Shown piece by piece: positions 1 through 9,666 of a stretch of DNA of 32,000 nucleotides (its first letter is position 1; each line of letters begins with the position of its first letter). The notes below the pieces were generated by a model that searched no databases, was not told the DNA's origin, and saw only the letters and a list, made by a program, of their open reading frames with translations. The stretch is from Pseudomonas aeruginosa (GTDB lineage Bacteria > Pseudomonadota > Gammaproteobacteria > Pseudomonadales > Pseudomonadaceae): assembly GCF_001457615.1 (NCBI RefSeq), contig NZ_LN831024.1, forward strand, positions 4,020,001 through 4,052,000, written 5' to 3'. The translations under genes and the position numbers were made by a program.

Positions 1-1
1 C

Positions 2-556
2 TTCGTCATGGGCGAAGGCGCCGGCCTACTGGTCATCGAGGAACTGGAGCACGCCCTGGCGCGCGGCGCCAGGCCCATCGCCGAGCTGGTGGGCTACGGC
101 ACCAGCGCCGACGCCTACCACATGACCGCCGGGCCGGAAGATGGCAGCGGCGCCCGCCGGGCCATGCAGCAGGCGCTGCGCCAGGCCGGCGTGGAAGCGG
201 CCGCGGTGCAGCACCTGAATGCCCACGCCACCTCCACCCAGGTAGGCGACAAGGGCGAACTGGCCGCCATCAAGGCCGTGTTCGGCACCGGCAGCGGGCT
301 CGCCATCAGCGCGACCAAATCCGCCACCGGCCACCTCCTGGGCGCCGCCGGCGGCATCGAGGCGATCTTCACGGTCCTGGCACTGCGCGACCAGCTCGCC
401 CCCGCCACGCTCAACCTGGAAACGCCCGACACCGACGCCGAGGGCCTCGACCTGGTTCGCGGCGAAGCCCGGCGCTGGCCGATGGAACACGCGCTGTCCA
501 ATGGCTTCGGCTTCGGCGGGGTGAATGCCAGCCTGTTGTTCCGGCGTTGGGTGTAG
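2..556 (+). CDS. Beta-ketoacyl-ACP synthase II (FabF-type), C-terminal part; 5' end outside window
   Basis: Translation contains thiolase-fold ketosynthase motifs VQHLNAHATSTQVGDKGE, ISATKSATGHLLGAAGG, TLNLETPD and HALSNGFGFGGVNASLLFRR; open at window start, stop at 554-556. Confidence 0.93.
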   Translation, partial: FVMGEGAGLLVIEELEHALARGARPIAELVGYGTSADAYHMTAGPEDGSGARRAMQQALRQAGVEAAAVQHLNAHATSTQVGDKGELAAIKAVFGTGSGLAISATKSATGHLLGAAGGIEAIFTVLALRDQLAPATLNLETPDTDAEGLDLVRGEARRWPMEHALSNGFGFGGVNASLLFRRWV

Positions 557-1276
557 GGTGGGCGACCCCTCTGCCAGTCGTTCCTGAGCACGCTGGCGGA
601 GGGGAAGCCACTCATGTCGCATTGCCCCAGAGCGTGTGGGTTTTCCTATGCTGTAACTGCGTCGTGATGGTCTAGGCGCGATCTGGATTCGTGGGGCAAT
701 TGCTTGTGGAGTGGGCGTTCAATGACCGCTTTCGGCCAAGAGCGGACTTACCCTTTCGTTTAGATTGATCTGCCCAGCAGGGAGTCAGTAAGGAAATGGA
801 ATGATCGAAGGCCGCTGAACTGATCTTGCTTACTCAATCATGATGGCCATCGCCCTTGGACTTTATGTCAGTGCAAGCGGTGTAGTGCAGCGTGCTCTCG
901 TGGGGAGCGTGACGAGCCAGCGTTAGCTGTCCTCCACGAGAAGCGGCTAGGGCTCGGAAGCTGCCGTTCGACCAAAGAAGACGAACTACCTAACAGAGTT
1001 TGCACCATGAGTTGCCCTCGGCAATGATCGGCAGGCTCTCGGGTCGAATAGCCGACCCAGATGTTTACCAGACTTAAGAGAGACGATACGGTAAACTCTC
1101 ATGGGCGGGTGTAAGTCTGGTCTTTCCGTTAGTGCTGGCGGAACCCTTTCGGGCTCTATCGTGAGATGCTGTCATGCCTTTGGTAGCTGATTATTATCGC
1201 GCTAGCGCTGTGAAATTCTCACTTTTTGAATACTTATGTTCTGCCAAGAAAAAACATTAAAAAATGGAAGCGTCCA

Positions 1277-1750
1277 ATGATCTCGTTAAGACCTATGCGA
1301 GAAAGCGAATTCTCAGGTTATCTCGATTATTTTGTCCCTGCCTATGCATCTGAGATTTCATCCAGTCATAGGCTTTCGTACAGTGAATCTCTTGTGCAAG
1401 CCAAATTGGAAATAGCAGATGATTTACCTGACGGTATCAATACGGCTGGACAATTTTTGCTGTGCCTGTACGATCCGGCAGATGGCCCCGAAGAAGTCAT
1501 AGGATATCTGTGGTACGAAGAGGATCTGTCCCTGCACTTGGCATTTATAAATGATTTCCACATTCTTCCCGTCCACCAGGGAAAAGGTCTCGCCAAGCAG
1601 GCCTTGGAGTCTTTGGAGCGGGAGCTTAAACTTCGAGGATTTCAACAGATAAAATTACGAGTAGCTGGCGACAACGAACGAGCCAAACATGTTTATGAAG
1701 GCAGTGGCTTTTGTGTGACCGGTATCAATATGAGCAAGCCGCTCGTTTAG
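1277..1750 (+). CDS. GNAT-family N-acetyltransferase
   Basis: ATG at 1277 (MISLRPMRESEF...) preceded by GGAAG; contains the GNAT acetyl-CoA motif VHQGKGLAKQALESLERELKLRGFQQIKLRVAGDNERAKHVYEGSGF. The ORF track start at 1226 is probably too far upstream. Confidence 0.85.
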   Translation: MISLRPMRESEFSGYLDYFVPAYASEISSSHRLSYSESLVQAKLEIADDLPDGINTAGQFLLCLYDPADGPEEVIGYLWYEEDLSLHLAFINDFHILPVHQGKGLAKQALESLERELKLRGFQQIKLRVAGDNERAKHVYEGSGFCVTGINMSKPLV

Positions 1751-2112
1751 TAGTGAGGTTGCTACCGTTCGCGTACTGGCGTTTGATTACAATGAGTTCG
1801 AGGTAATGATGCGAAATTGCCCATCAGAGTAAGCGCTATTGCCTGCACTTTGGCAAATATCTGAGTGTGCGCTGGAGCATACCACGCTTCGCTGCACTGC
1901 TCTGCGATAACTCTATGAGTCGCGGTAGGGTTTTGTAGACATGGATTTTTAGTTTTGGGTTGAACGTGTCCTTGGCTTGGCTTCACAAAACTCCTTGTGG
2001 CCTTTTCTGTCAGCGGCTGACGGCAGCCAGGGGGCGAAAGCAGCCGGTAATGAGCGATAGCTACCGGCCACAAGCGGGCAGTAGCCTCTGAGTGTTGAAA
2101 AGCGCTAACTTT

Positions 2113-2673
2113 CTACGCTCCCAACGAAACAGCGATATCTATCATTGCCAAGGGTAGATACACCAGTGTCAGTGGCGCGTAAAAGCGGCGAGAGCGAGAG
2201 AAGAACGCTGCCAGCGATACTGTGAACATGACCAAATCCAACGCACCCCATAGCTGGAGTGGTGAGGCGTTGAAGAACAGGATATTGGTCGTACTTCCTA
2301 ATCCTAGATAAATGCAGATCGCCAATAGAGCAAAGCGTCCATCTTGTTCAAAGTAGACCTGAAGGCCATCGGCCTCGTCTTCGCTGCGACTTGGCAATAT
2401 CAACACCGCCGCACTAAACAGCGATAGTGACAGGCAGACCAAAAGCAGGAACTCGATGAACGAAAAGGCATTCTTTAAGGTGGGGAGGTCGTTTAGGGCC
2501 CACCAGAACTGCAGTTGGAACAGGAAAAGCACGAGTGCCCAAGCAAGTGCGACCCAGTCTGGCCGTGCCGTGCGGCGAATCCTGAAAACGGTCATGGCGC
2601 CCAACAGAACCCTGGTGATGGACAAGCCCAGAATCATCGAAAGCACGGTCGCCAGAATATGGAAGTTTTCCAC
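2113..2673 (-). CDS. Small multi-pass membrane protein, function unknown
   Basis: 186-aa ORF with about five hydrophobic helices (ILATVLSMILGLSITRVLLGA, WVALAWALVLFLFQLQFWWAL, FIEFLLLVCLSLSLFSAAVLIL etc.). Confidence 0.65.
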   Translation of the reverse strand: MENFHILATVLSMILGLSITRVLLGAMTVFRIRRTARPDWVALAWALVLFLFQLQFWWALNDLPTLKNAFSFIEFLLLVCLSLSLFSAAVLILPSRSEDEADGLQVYFEQDGRFALLAICIYLGLGSTTNILFFNASPLQLWGALDLVMFTVSLAAFFSRSRRFYAPLTLVYLPLAMIDIAVSLGA

Positions 2674-2805
2674 GACTGCCCCCTTGCTTGGACTTCGCTC
2701 TCGCCTGCCGCGTGCTTCACACCGCAGCCTGCCAAATCCCGACTGATGACATTAGTAATAGACTACGCAACGCCACAGGTAAGATTCAGCCCAAATCGAG
2801 CGGCT

Positions 2806-2848
2806 GCTTCTGGCCGGAAGCTGACACTAGTGGCGGGCAGCTACGGCC
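2806..2848 (+). repeat. Left copy of 43-bp inverted repeat (GCTTCTGGCCGGAAGCTGACACTAGTGGCGGGCAGCTACGGCC)
   Basis: Exact reverse complement occurs at 9667-9709, compared by eye base by base. Confidence 0.95.
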
Positions 2849-2924
2849 AATAACGGACTGTCGGCATCGCCATCACTAGTTACTGAAGATCAGCACAAAG
2901 CAACTACCTGATACAGCATTGCAA

Positions 2925-3495
2925 TCACTTGGCCGCAAGCGCCTCGGGCACCTTCCAGCCACCGCCCAACGCTTTGAATGCCGCAACGCCAGTGCGGGCC
3001 GACTCGGTTTGCGCCTGGGCTCGGGCATCGGCGGCGCGCAGCAGGTTGTCGTCGGCCTGCAGCACTTCGATCAAGCTGACGACGCCCTGCTGGTAGGCCT
3101 CGAACGATGCCTGCCGCGCGCGGCTGAGCGAATCCACGCCCTGCTCAAGCACGTTGGCCTGCTGCTCACGCTTGACCAGTGCCGAGAAGGCGTTTTCCAC
3201 GTCCTCGGTGGCGCGCAGCACGGCGAGGCGGTAAGCCGCCAGTTGCTCGGCTTCCTGCCCTTTGGCCAGGTCGATCTGGGCATCGATGCGGCCGAAGTCA
3301 AACAGGCGCCAACGCAGCCCCAGCACACCAATCGATCAAATCGCCCATGGAACTCACAGGCCGCTGCTCGACGGCCTCCTGCCCCAGGAAGCGCTCGGAC
3401 AGGGAAATCTCGGGACGCTGGTAATCGGGTCCAACCGCGCAGCCTGCCACCAGGCCGGTACTGATCAGTACAACGAGGAGTCGCTTCGACAGCAT
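2925..3495 (-). pseudogene. OprM/NodT-family outer-membrane efflux lipoprotein with large internal deletion and frame change
   Basis: N-terminal part (MLSKRLLVVLISTGLVAGCAVGPDYQRPEISLSERF..., lipobox VAGC and GPDYxRP) ends at MGDLIDW. OMF C-terminal repeat sequence (VLGLRWRLFDFGRIDAQIDLAKGQEAEQLAAYRLAVLRATEDVENAFSAL...SLIEVLQADDNLL) resumes directly in another frame at ~3326. Confidence 0.88.
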
Positions 3496-3549
3496 GGATG
3501 TTCTTCCAGGGCAAGGGAGGAGGTTGCAGAAATTGTGACCATAATACTT

Positions 3550-3570
3550 TTTGGTCACTAATTGTCTATC
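3550..3570. promoter_or_regulatory. Candidate TetR operator between OMF remnant and tetR
   Basis: TTTGGTCACTAATTG segment; a related GTCACTAAT / GGTCAC pattern recurs at ~4217-4246 ahead of the adaptor gene. Confidence 0.35.
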
Positions 3571-3597
3571 ACCCTGCCGCTCTGTAGGCTATCCCCC

Positions 3598-4215
3598 ATG
3601 AACAAGACCCCCTCCCCCAAAGTTGCAGCACGTGGTCCGGTGGATCACGAGGTGCGTGATCAGATCGTGGCAGCGGCGACCGAGCACTTCCGCCTGTATG
3701 GCTACGAGAAGACCACGGTTTCCGACCTGGCCAAGGCCATCGGTTTTTCCAAGGCCTATATCTACAAGTTCTTCGAGTCCAAGCAGGCCATCGGCGAGAT
3801 GATCTGCTCGAGCTGCCTGCAGCAGATACAGACCGAGGTGAATGCTGCCATCCATGAGGTGGACAGCCCGCCGGAGAAGCTGAGGCGCATGCTCAAGGTG
3901 CTGATGGAAGCCTGCCTGCGGCTGTTCTTCCAGGATCGCAAACTCTACGAAATCGCCGCCTCCGCCGCCTCCGGGCGCTGGCCGGCAACCCTGCTCTACG
4001 AAGGCTTCATCGAGCAGACCCTTCGCGAGATCCTGCAGCAGGGCCGGCAGAGCGGCGACTTCGAGCGCAAGACGCCTCTGGACGAAACCACCCGCGCGAT
4101 CCACCTGATCATGCGCCCCTATTTCAACCCGCTGCTGCTCCAGTACGGGCTCGAAACCACCGATGAAGCGCCGGCCCTGCTGTCCAGCCTGGTGTTGCGC
4201 AGTCTGTCACCCTGA
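3598..4215 (+). CDS. TetR/AcrR-family transcriptional regulator
   Basis: N-terminal HTH (DQIVAAATEHFRLYGYEKTTVSDLAKAIGFSKAYIYKFFESKQAIGEMI); located between the OMF remnant and the efflux operon. Confidence 0.9.
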   Translation: MNKTPSPKVAARGPVDHEVRDQIVAAATEHFRLYGYEKTTVSDLAKAIGFSKAYIYKFFESKQAIGEMICSSCLQQIQTEVNAAIHEVDSPPEKLRRMLKVLMEACLRLFFQDRKLYEIAASAASGRWPATLLYEGFIEQTLREILQQGRQSGDFERKTPLDETTRAIHLIMRPYFNPLLLQYGLETTDEAPALLSSLVLRSLSP

Positions 4216-4216
4216 T

Positions 4217-4246
4217 TAGTGACTATTGACTAAATTGGTCACAAGA
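4217..4246. promoter_or_regulatory. Candidate TetR operator upstream of efflux adaptor gene
   Basis: ATTAGTGACTATTGACTAAATTGGTCACAA contains ATTAGTGAC (reverse complement of GTCACTAAT at the tetR promoter) and GGTCAC. Confidence 0.35.
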
Positions 4247-4286
4247 ATCAAAGTGAGGCTCCCTACGACTTCGCAACGGGTTCCTC

Positions 4287-5402
4287 ATGCGCCGGCGCAA
4301 CCTCCTTCTGCCCCCCCTGGTCGGTGTAATTCCGTTCGTGCTGCTCGCCTGTAGCGACCAGACGCCCCCCGATCCCCGCACTGACGCGCCACTGGTTCGC
4401 ATCACCACCATCCAGTCGGCAACCGCTACATCGCGCGCCTTCACCGGCATCGTCGCGGCCAGGGTGCAGAGCGACCTGGGTTTCCGCGTGTCCGGCAAGG
4501 TGTTGCAGCGTCTGGTCGATACCGGCCAGACAGTCAAGCGTGGCCAGGTGCTTTTGCGCCTCGATCCTATCGACCTGCAACTCGCCGCCCATGCCCAGCG
4601 CGAGGCGGTGACCGCAGCGCGGGCACGGGCTCAGCAGGCCAGCGATGACGAAGCTCGTTACCGCGCCCTGCGCGGCACTGGCGCGGTATCGGCATCTGCC
4701 TACGACCAATACAAGGCAGCGGCGGATGCGGCTCGCGCGCAACTCAGTGCAGCCGAGGCCCAAGCCAAGGTTGCCGGTAACGCCACCCGCTACGCCGAGC
4801 TGCTCGCCGATGCCGACGGTATCGTCATGGAGACACTGGCCGAGCCAGGCCAGGTGGTCAGCGCCGGCCAGGCCGTGGTACGGCTTGCACATGCCGGCCC
4901 ACGCGAAGCCCTGGTGCAACTGCCGGAAACCCTGCGTCCAGCAGTCGGTTCCAGCGCTGAGGCCAAGCTCTTCGGCAGGCAAGACGTCAGCGTCGCCACC
5001 CGACTGCGCCAGCTGTCGGATGTCGCCGACCGCCAGACCCGCACTTTCGAGGCGCGTTACGTGCTCGAAGGCGAGCTGTCCGACGCGCCGCTGGGCACCA
5101 CCATCACCGTGCAAATCAGCGATCCGCAAACTGCTTCACCAAGCACAGTGCAGGTGCCCATCGCCGCGCTGTACGACGCAGGCAACGGGCCTGGCATCTG
5201 GATGATTCGCGGAGAGCCCGCAGAGGTGGCGTGGACGCCCGTAAACGTTCAGTCGCTGGATGATGAGAGCGCTCGCATCAGCGGCGCGATCAAGCCGGGC
5301 GACCAGATCGTCGCCCTGGGCGCGCACCTGCTGCGCGACGGCCAGGCCGTTCGCCTGGCCGAGCCGGCCACCGTGGCGGCAGCCGAGGAAGGCCAGCCAT
5401 GA
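4287..5402 (+). CDS. RND efflux periplasmic adaptor (membrane fusion protein), putative lipoprotein
   Basis: Lipobox VLLAC; AFTGIVAARVQSDLGFRVSGKVLQRLVDTGQTVKRGQVLLRLDPIDLQLAA; barrel-sandwich and coiled-coil organisation; overlaps next gene by 4 nt. Confidence 0.93.
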   Translation: MRRRNLLLPPLVGVIPFVLLACSDQTPPDPRTDAPLVRITTIQSATATSRAFTGIVAARVQSDLGFRVSGKVLQRLVDTGQTVKRGQVLLRLDPIDLQLAAHAQREAVTAARARAQQASDDEARYRALRGTGAVSASAYDQYKAAADAARAQLSAAEAQAKVAGNATRYAELLADADGIVMETLAEPGQVVSAGQAVVRLAHAGPREALVQLPETLRPAVGSSAEAKLFGRQDVSVATRLRQLSDVADRQTRTFEARYVLEGELSDAPLGTTITVQISDPQTASPSTVQVPIAALYDAGNGPGIWMIRGEPAEVAWTPVNVQSLDDESARISGAIKPGDQIVALGAHLLRDGQAVRLAEPATVAAAEEGQP

Positions 5403-8400
5403 GCGAAGGTCGTTTCAACCTCTCCGCACTCGCCGTGCGCGAGCGCTCCGTCACCCTGTTCCTGGTCTGCCTGATCTCCCTGGCGGGTCTCGTCGCCTTC
5501 TTCAAGCTGGGGCGTGCCGAAGACCCGGCCTTCACCATCAAGGTCATGACCATCGTCACCGCCTGGCCGGGCGCCACCGCCCAGGAAATGCAGGATCAGG
5601 TCGCCGAGAAGATCGAGAAGCGCCTGCAGGAACTGCGCTGGTACGACCGCAGCGAAACCTATACACGCCCGGGGCTGGCCTTCACCACCCTGTCGCTGCT
5701 CGACACCACCCCACCCTCGGAGGTGCTCGAGGAGTTCTACCAGGCGCGCAAGAAGATCAGCGACGAGGCCAAGACGCTGCCTACCGGGGTGATCGGCCCG
5801 CTGGTCAACGATGAGTATTCGGACGTCACCTTCGCCCTGTTCGCGCTCAAAGCCAGGGGCGAGCCGCAACGCCACCTGGTGCGCGACGCCGAGACCCTGC
5901 GTCAGCGCCTGCTGCATGTACCGGGCGTGAAGAAGGTCAACATCATCGGCGAACAGGCCGAGCGCATCTTCGTCGAGTTCTCCCACGAGCGCCTGGCCAC
6001 CCTGGGCATCGGTCCCCAGGACGTGTTCGCCGCGCTCAACGGGCAGAACGCCCTGACCCCGGCCGGCTCCGTGGAAACCCGTGGCCCCGACGTGTTCCTG
6101 CGTCTGGACGGTGCCTTCGATGAGCTAGAGAAGATTCGTGACACTCCGATCATCGCCCAAGGCCGCACCTTGAAGCTTTCCGATGTCGCCACGGTCAAGC
6201 GCGGCTACGAAGACCCGGCCACCTTTCTGATTCGCAACGGCGGCGAACCGGCCCTGTTGCTCGGCATCATCATGCGTGAAGGCTGGAACGGGCTCGACCT
6301 GGGCAAGGCCTTGAACGATGAAGTGCAGCAGATCAACGCTGAGCTGCCGCTGGGCATGAGCCTGAGCAAGGTCACCGACCAGGCCGTCAACATCAGCGCG
6401 TCCGTCGACGAGTTCATGATCAAGTTCTTCGTCGCGCTGCTGGTGGTCATGCTGGTGTGCTTCGTCAGCATGGGCTGGCGCGTCGGCGTGGTGGTCGCGG
6501 TGGCAGTGCCGCTGACCCTGGCGATGGTCTTCGTGGTGATGGCCGCCACTGGCAAGAACTTCGACCGCATAACCCTGGGCTCGCTGATCCTCGCCCTTGG
6601 ACTGCTGGTAGACGACGCCATCATCGCCATCGAGATGATGGTGGTGAAGATGGAGGAAGGCTACGACCGTGTGCGGGCCTCCGCCTATGCCTGGAGCCAC
6701 ACAGCGGCGCCGATGCTCTCCGGCACCCTGGTTACCGCCGTCGGCTTCATGCCCAACGGCTTCGCCCGCTCCACGGCCGGCGAATACACCAGCAACATGT
6801 TCTGGATCGTCGGCATCGCGCTGATCGCTTCCTGGCTGGTCGCGGTGATCTTCACGCCGTACTTCGGCGTCAAGCTGCTGCCCGAGATCAAGAAGGTCGA
6901 GGGCGGTCACGACGCCATCTACGACACTCCGCGCTACAACCGCTTTCGTCGGATTCTGGGTAAGGTGATCGCCCACAAGTGGCTGGTCGCAGGTTCAGTG
7001 ATAGGGCTGTTCGTGACGGCCGTGCTCGGCATGGCGCTGGTCAAGAAACAGTTCTTCCCCATCTCCGACCGCCCCGAAGTCATGGTCGAGGTACAGATGC
7101 CTTATGGCACCTCGATCCTCCAGACCAGCGCAGCTGCGGAAAAAGTCGAAGCCTGGCTGGCCCAGCAGGCAGAGGCGAAGATCGTCATGGCGTACATCGG
7201 CCAGGGCGCACCGCGCTTCTTCATGGCCATGAGCCCGGAACTGCCGGATCCGTCGTTCGCCAAGATCGTCGTACGCACCGACAACCCGGATGAGCGCGAG
7301 GCACTCAAGCACAGGCTGCGCAAGGCGATTGCCGAGGGTCTGGCCAGCGAGGCGCAGGTGCGCGTCAGTCAATTGGTGTTCGGCCCCTACTCGCCCTACC
7401 CGGTGGCCTACCGGATTAGCGGCCCGGATCCGCAACGCCTGCGCGAGATTGCCAGCGAGGTGCGCCAAGTGATGGATGCCAGCCCGCTGATGCGGACGGT
7501 CAATACCGACTGGGGCACCCGCGTTCCCACGCTGCACTTCAATCTGCAGCAAGATCGCCTGCAAGCGGTGGGGCTGACCTCCAGTGCCGTTGCGCAGCAG
7601 CTGCAGTTTTTGCTCAGCGGCGTGCCCGTCACCGCCGTACGCGAAGACATCCGCACGGTGCAGGTCATGGCCCGTGCCGCTGGCGATATTCGCCTCGACC
7701 CGGCACGGGTGATGGATTTCACCCTGGCCGGCGCCAATGGTCAGCGCATCCCGCTGTCGCAGATTGGCGAAGTGGAGGTACGCATGGAAGAGCCGATCAT
7801 GCGCTGGCGCGACCGGGTGCCGACTATCACAGTGCGTGGCGATATCGCCGAAGGCTTGCAACCGCCAGACGTGTCGACCGCCATCAGCCAGCAGTTGCAA
7901 CCCATCATCGACAGGCTGCCGAGCGGCTATCGCATCGAGCAAGCGGGCTCCATCGAGGAATCGGGCAAAGCCAGCAAGGCCATGCTGCCGCTGTTCCCGA
8001 TCATGCTGGCCGTCACGTTGATCATCATCATCCTGCAGGTGCGCTCGATCGCCGCGATGATCATGGTCTTTCTCACCAGCCCGCTGGGGCTGATCGGCGT
8101 AGTGCCGACGCTGATCCTGTTCCAGCAGCCGTTCGGCATCAACGCGCTGGTCGGGCTGATCGCGCTGTCCGGCATCCTCATGCGTAACACGCTGATCCTG
8201 ATCGGGCAGATTCGCCAGAACGAAGCGGCGGGTCTCGATCCGTTCCGCGCCGTGGTCGAAGCCACCGTGCAACGCGCTCGGCCGGTGATCCTCACCGCGC
8301 TGGCGGCGATCCTGGCGTTCATCCCACTTACGCATTCCGTGTTCTGGGGCACCCTCGCCTACACCCTGATCGGCGGCACCTTCGCCGGCACCATGCTGAC

Positions 8401-8488
8401 CCTGGTGTTCCTGCCGGCCATGTACGCCATCTGGTTCGGCATCCGCCCCATCCCCCACGAGCCACTCGCGCAGGCACAACCTGCATGA
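5399..8488 (+). CDS. RND-family efflux pump inner-membrane permease (AcrB/HAE family)
   Basis: 1029 aa; ITLGSLILALGLLVDDAIIAIEMMVVKMEEG, PFGINALVGLIALSGILMRNTLILIGQIRQNEAAG and the AILAFIPLTHSVFWGTLAYTLIGGT block are RND hallmarks. Confidence 0.97.
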   Translation: MSEGRFNLSALAVRERSVTLFLVCLISLAGLVAFFKLGRAEDPAFTIKVMTIVTAWPGATAQEMQDQVAEKIEKRLQELRWYDRSETYTRPGLAFTTLSLLDTTPPSEVLEEFYQARKKISDEAKTLPTGVIGPLVNDEYSDVTFALFALKARGEPQRHLVRDAETLRQRLLHVPGVKKVNIIGEQAERIFVEFSHERLATLGIGPQDVFAALNGQNALTPAGSVETRGPDVFLRLDGAFDELEKIRDTPIIAQGRTLKLSDVATVKRGYEDPATFLIRNGGEPALLLGIIMREGWNGLDLGKALNDEVQQINAELPLGMSLSKVTDQAVNISASVDEFMIKFFVALLVVMLVCFVSMGWRVGVVVAVAVPLTLAMVFVVMAATGKNFDRITLGSLILALGLLVDDAIIAIEMMVVKMEEGYDRVRASAYAWSHTAAPMLSGTLVTAVGFMPNGFARSTAGEYTSNMFWIVGIALIASWLVAVIFTPYFGVKLLPEIKKVEGGHDAIYDTPRYNRFRRILGKVIAHKWLVAGSVIGLFVTAVLGMALVKKQFFPISDRPEVMVEVQMPYGTSILQTSAAAEKVEAWLAQQAEAKIVMAYIGQGAPRFFMAMSPELPDPSFAKIVVRTDNPDEREALKHRLRKAIAEGLASEAQVRVSQLVFGPYSPYPVAYRISGPDPQRLREIASEVRQVMDASPLMRTVNTDWGTRVPTLHFNLQQDRLQAVGLTSSAVAQQLQFLLSGVPVTAVREDIRTVQVMARAAGDIRLDPARVMDFTLAGANGQRIPLSQIGEVEVRMEEPIMRWRDRVPTITVRGDIAEGLQPPDVSTAISQQLQPIIDRLPSGYRIEQAGSIEESGKASKAMLPLFPIMLAVTLIIIILQVRSIAAMIMVFLTSPLGLIGVVPTLILFQQPFGINALVGLIALSGILMRNTLILIGQIRQNEAAGLDPFRAVVEATVQRARPVILTALAAILAFIPLTHSVFWGTLAYTLIGGTFAGTMLTLVFLPAMYAIWFGIRPIPHEPLAQAQPA

Positions 8489-8518
8489 ACAGCCCTTCCC
8501 TGATCGAGAGTAACTGCC

Positions 8519-9325
8519 ATGCCCAACTCCCCAGTGGTCGTCATAACCGGCGTGTCATCAGGCATCGGTCGCACGGCGGCCGAACAGTTCGCCGGACGCG
8601 GTTGCCGCGTGTTCGGCAGCGTGCGCAACCCGGCCACTGCGCAGGCCATCCCCGGTGTCGAGCTGATTCACCTGGATATTCGTGACGAAGCCTCGATTCG
8701 CCAGAGCATCGAACATGTGATTGCAGAAGCCGGGCGCATCGACGTACTGGTCAACAATGCTGGCACCACACTGCTCGGTGCGACAGAGGAAACCGCCATC
8801 GACGAGGCCCAGGCGCTGTTCGACACCAACGTCTTCGGCGTCCTGCGCGTTACCCAGGCGGTACTGCCGCAGATGCGCAAGCAAAGCGCAGGGCGCATCG
8901 TCAACGTCAGTTCGGTGCTCGGCTTCCTGCCAGCACCCTACATGGGCCTGTACTCGGCTTCCAAACATGCAGTGGAGGGTTTGTCCGAGACCCTGGATCA
9001 CGAGGTGCGGCGCTTCGGCATTCGCGTCGCGTTGGTCGAGCCTTCGTTCACCAAGACCAGCCTCGACCTCAACGCGCCACAGGCCGCCCTGCGTATCGCT
9101 ACCTACGACAGCGAGCGGGCAACCGTCTCCCAGGCCATCCAGATGAACGTGCAGAAGGCACCTTTGCCCGATGCGGTCGCCGCGACCATCGTCGAGGCCG
9201 CCCTGGGCGCGTGGAAAATGCGCCACACCCCCAAAGGCGAGGCCACCCTGCTCAGACGCCTGCGCCGCTTTATGCCGGCAGGCCCAGTCGACTCGGGCCT
9301 GCGCAAGACCTTCGGCCTCGGCTGA
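8519..9325 (+). CDS. Short-chain dehydrogenase/reductase (SDR)
   Basis: TGVSSGIG cofactor motif, NNAGTT, and catalytic S...YSASKHAVEGL. Confidence 0.93.
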   Translation: MPNSPVVVITGVSSGIGRTAAEQFAGRGCRVFGSVRNPATAQAIPGVELIHLDIRDEASIRQSIEHVIAEAGRIDVLVNNAGTTLLGATEETAIDEAQALFDTNVFGVLRVTQAVLPQMRKQSAGRIVNVSSVLGFLPAPYMGLYSASKHAVEGLSETLDHEVRRFGIRVALVEPSFTKTSLDLNAPQAALRIATYDSERATVSQAIQMNVQKAPLPDAVAATIVEAALGAWKMRHTPKGEATLLRRLRRFMPAGPVDSGLRKTFGLG

Positions 9326-9353
9326 TTCACCTCTTCACGTACGAGACCACACC

Positions 9354-9545
9354 ATGCACAGAGAACACAGCACACGTATCGTCGTTACCGGCCTGGGCAT
9401 CGTCAGCCCTCTATGCTGTGGCAGCGAGACGGTATGGACGCGCCTGCAGGCCGGCCACTCGGGCCTAGACTGCAGCAGCCCCTCGGCAGTTAGCAAAGCG
9501 CGGCTAGCTGCAGCCGTCGAAATCTTCGCCCAAGTCTATGCATAG
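9354..9545 (+). pseudogene. Truncated N-terminus of a FabF-type beta-ketoacyl synthase
   Basis: MHREHSTRIVVTGLGIVSPLCCGSETVWTRLQAGHSGL matches the start of FabF-family proteins; homology stops after ~38 aa and the frame ends at 9545. Confidence 0.75.
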
Positions 9546-9666
9546 GCCATTTGGACGTGTCTAAGACATCGAAACTCTGAGTGCCCAAAGCGAAGACGAA
9601 CTTCATTTTGTCGCTCTACTTGCGATGTCAGCTTAGATTCTGACATTGGTTGGAGCGTCCGATTAC

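Noticed and set aside
910-1000. Possible integron attC-like site (GTTAGCT ... ACCTAAC) near the left edge
   Set aside because: The 7-bp core consensus on the left side is not satisfied and no paired inner L/R boxes could be identified by eye; no integrase gene in the window.
1762-2073. 103-aa plus-strand ORF
   Set aside because: No recognisable family, poor start context, overlaps a region containing a GGCC-type short element; probably non-coding or decayed.
6995-8479. 494-aa minus-strand ORF antisense to the RND pump
   Set aside because: Low-complexity His/Gln/Asp-rich translation, a typical antisense artefact; the sense strand is an unambiguous RND permease.
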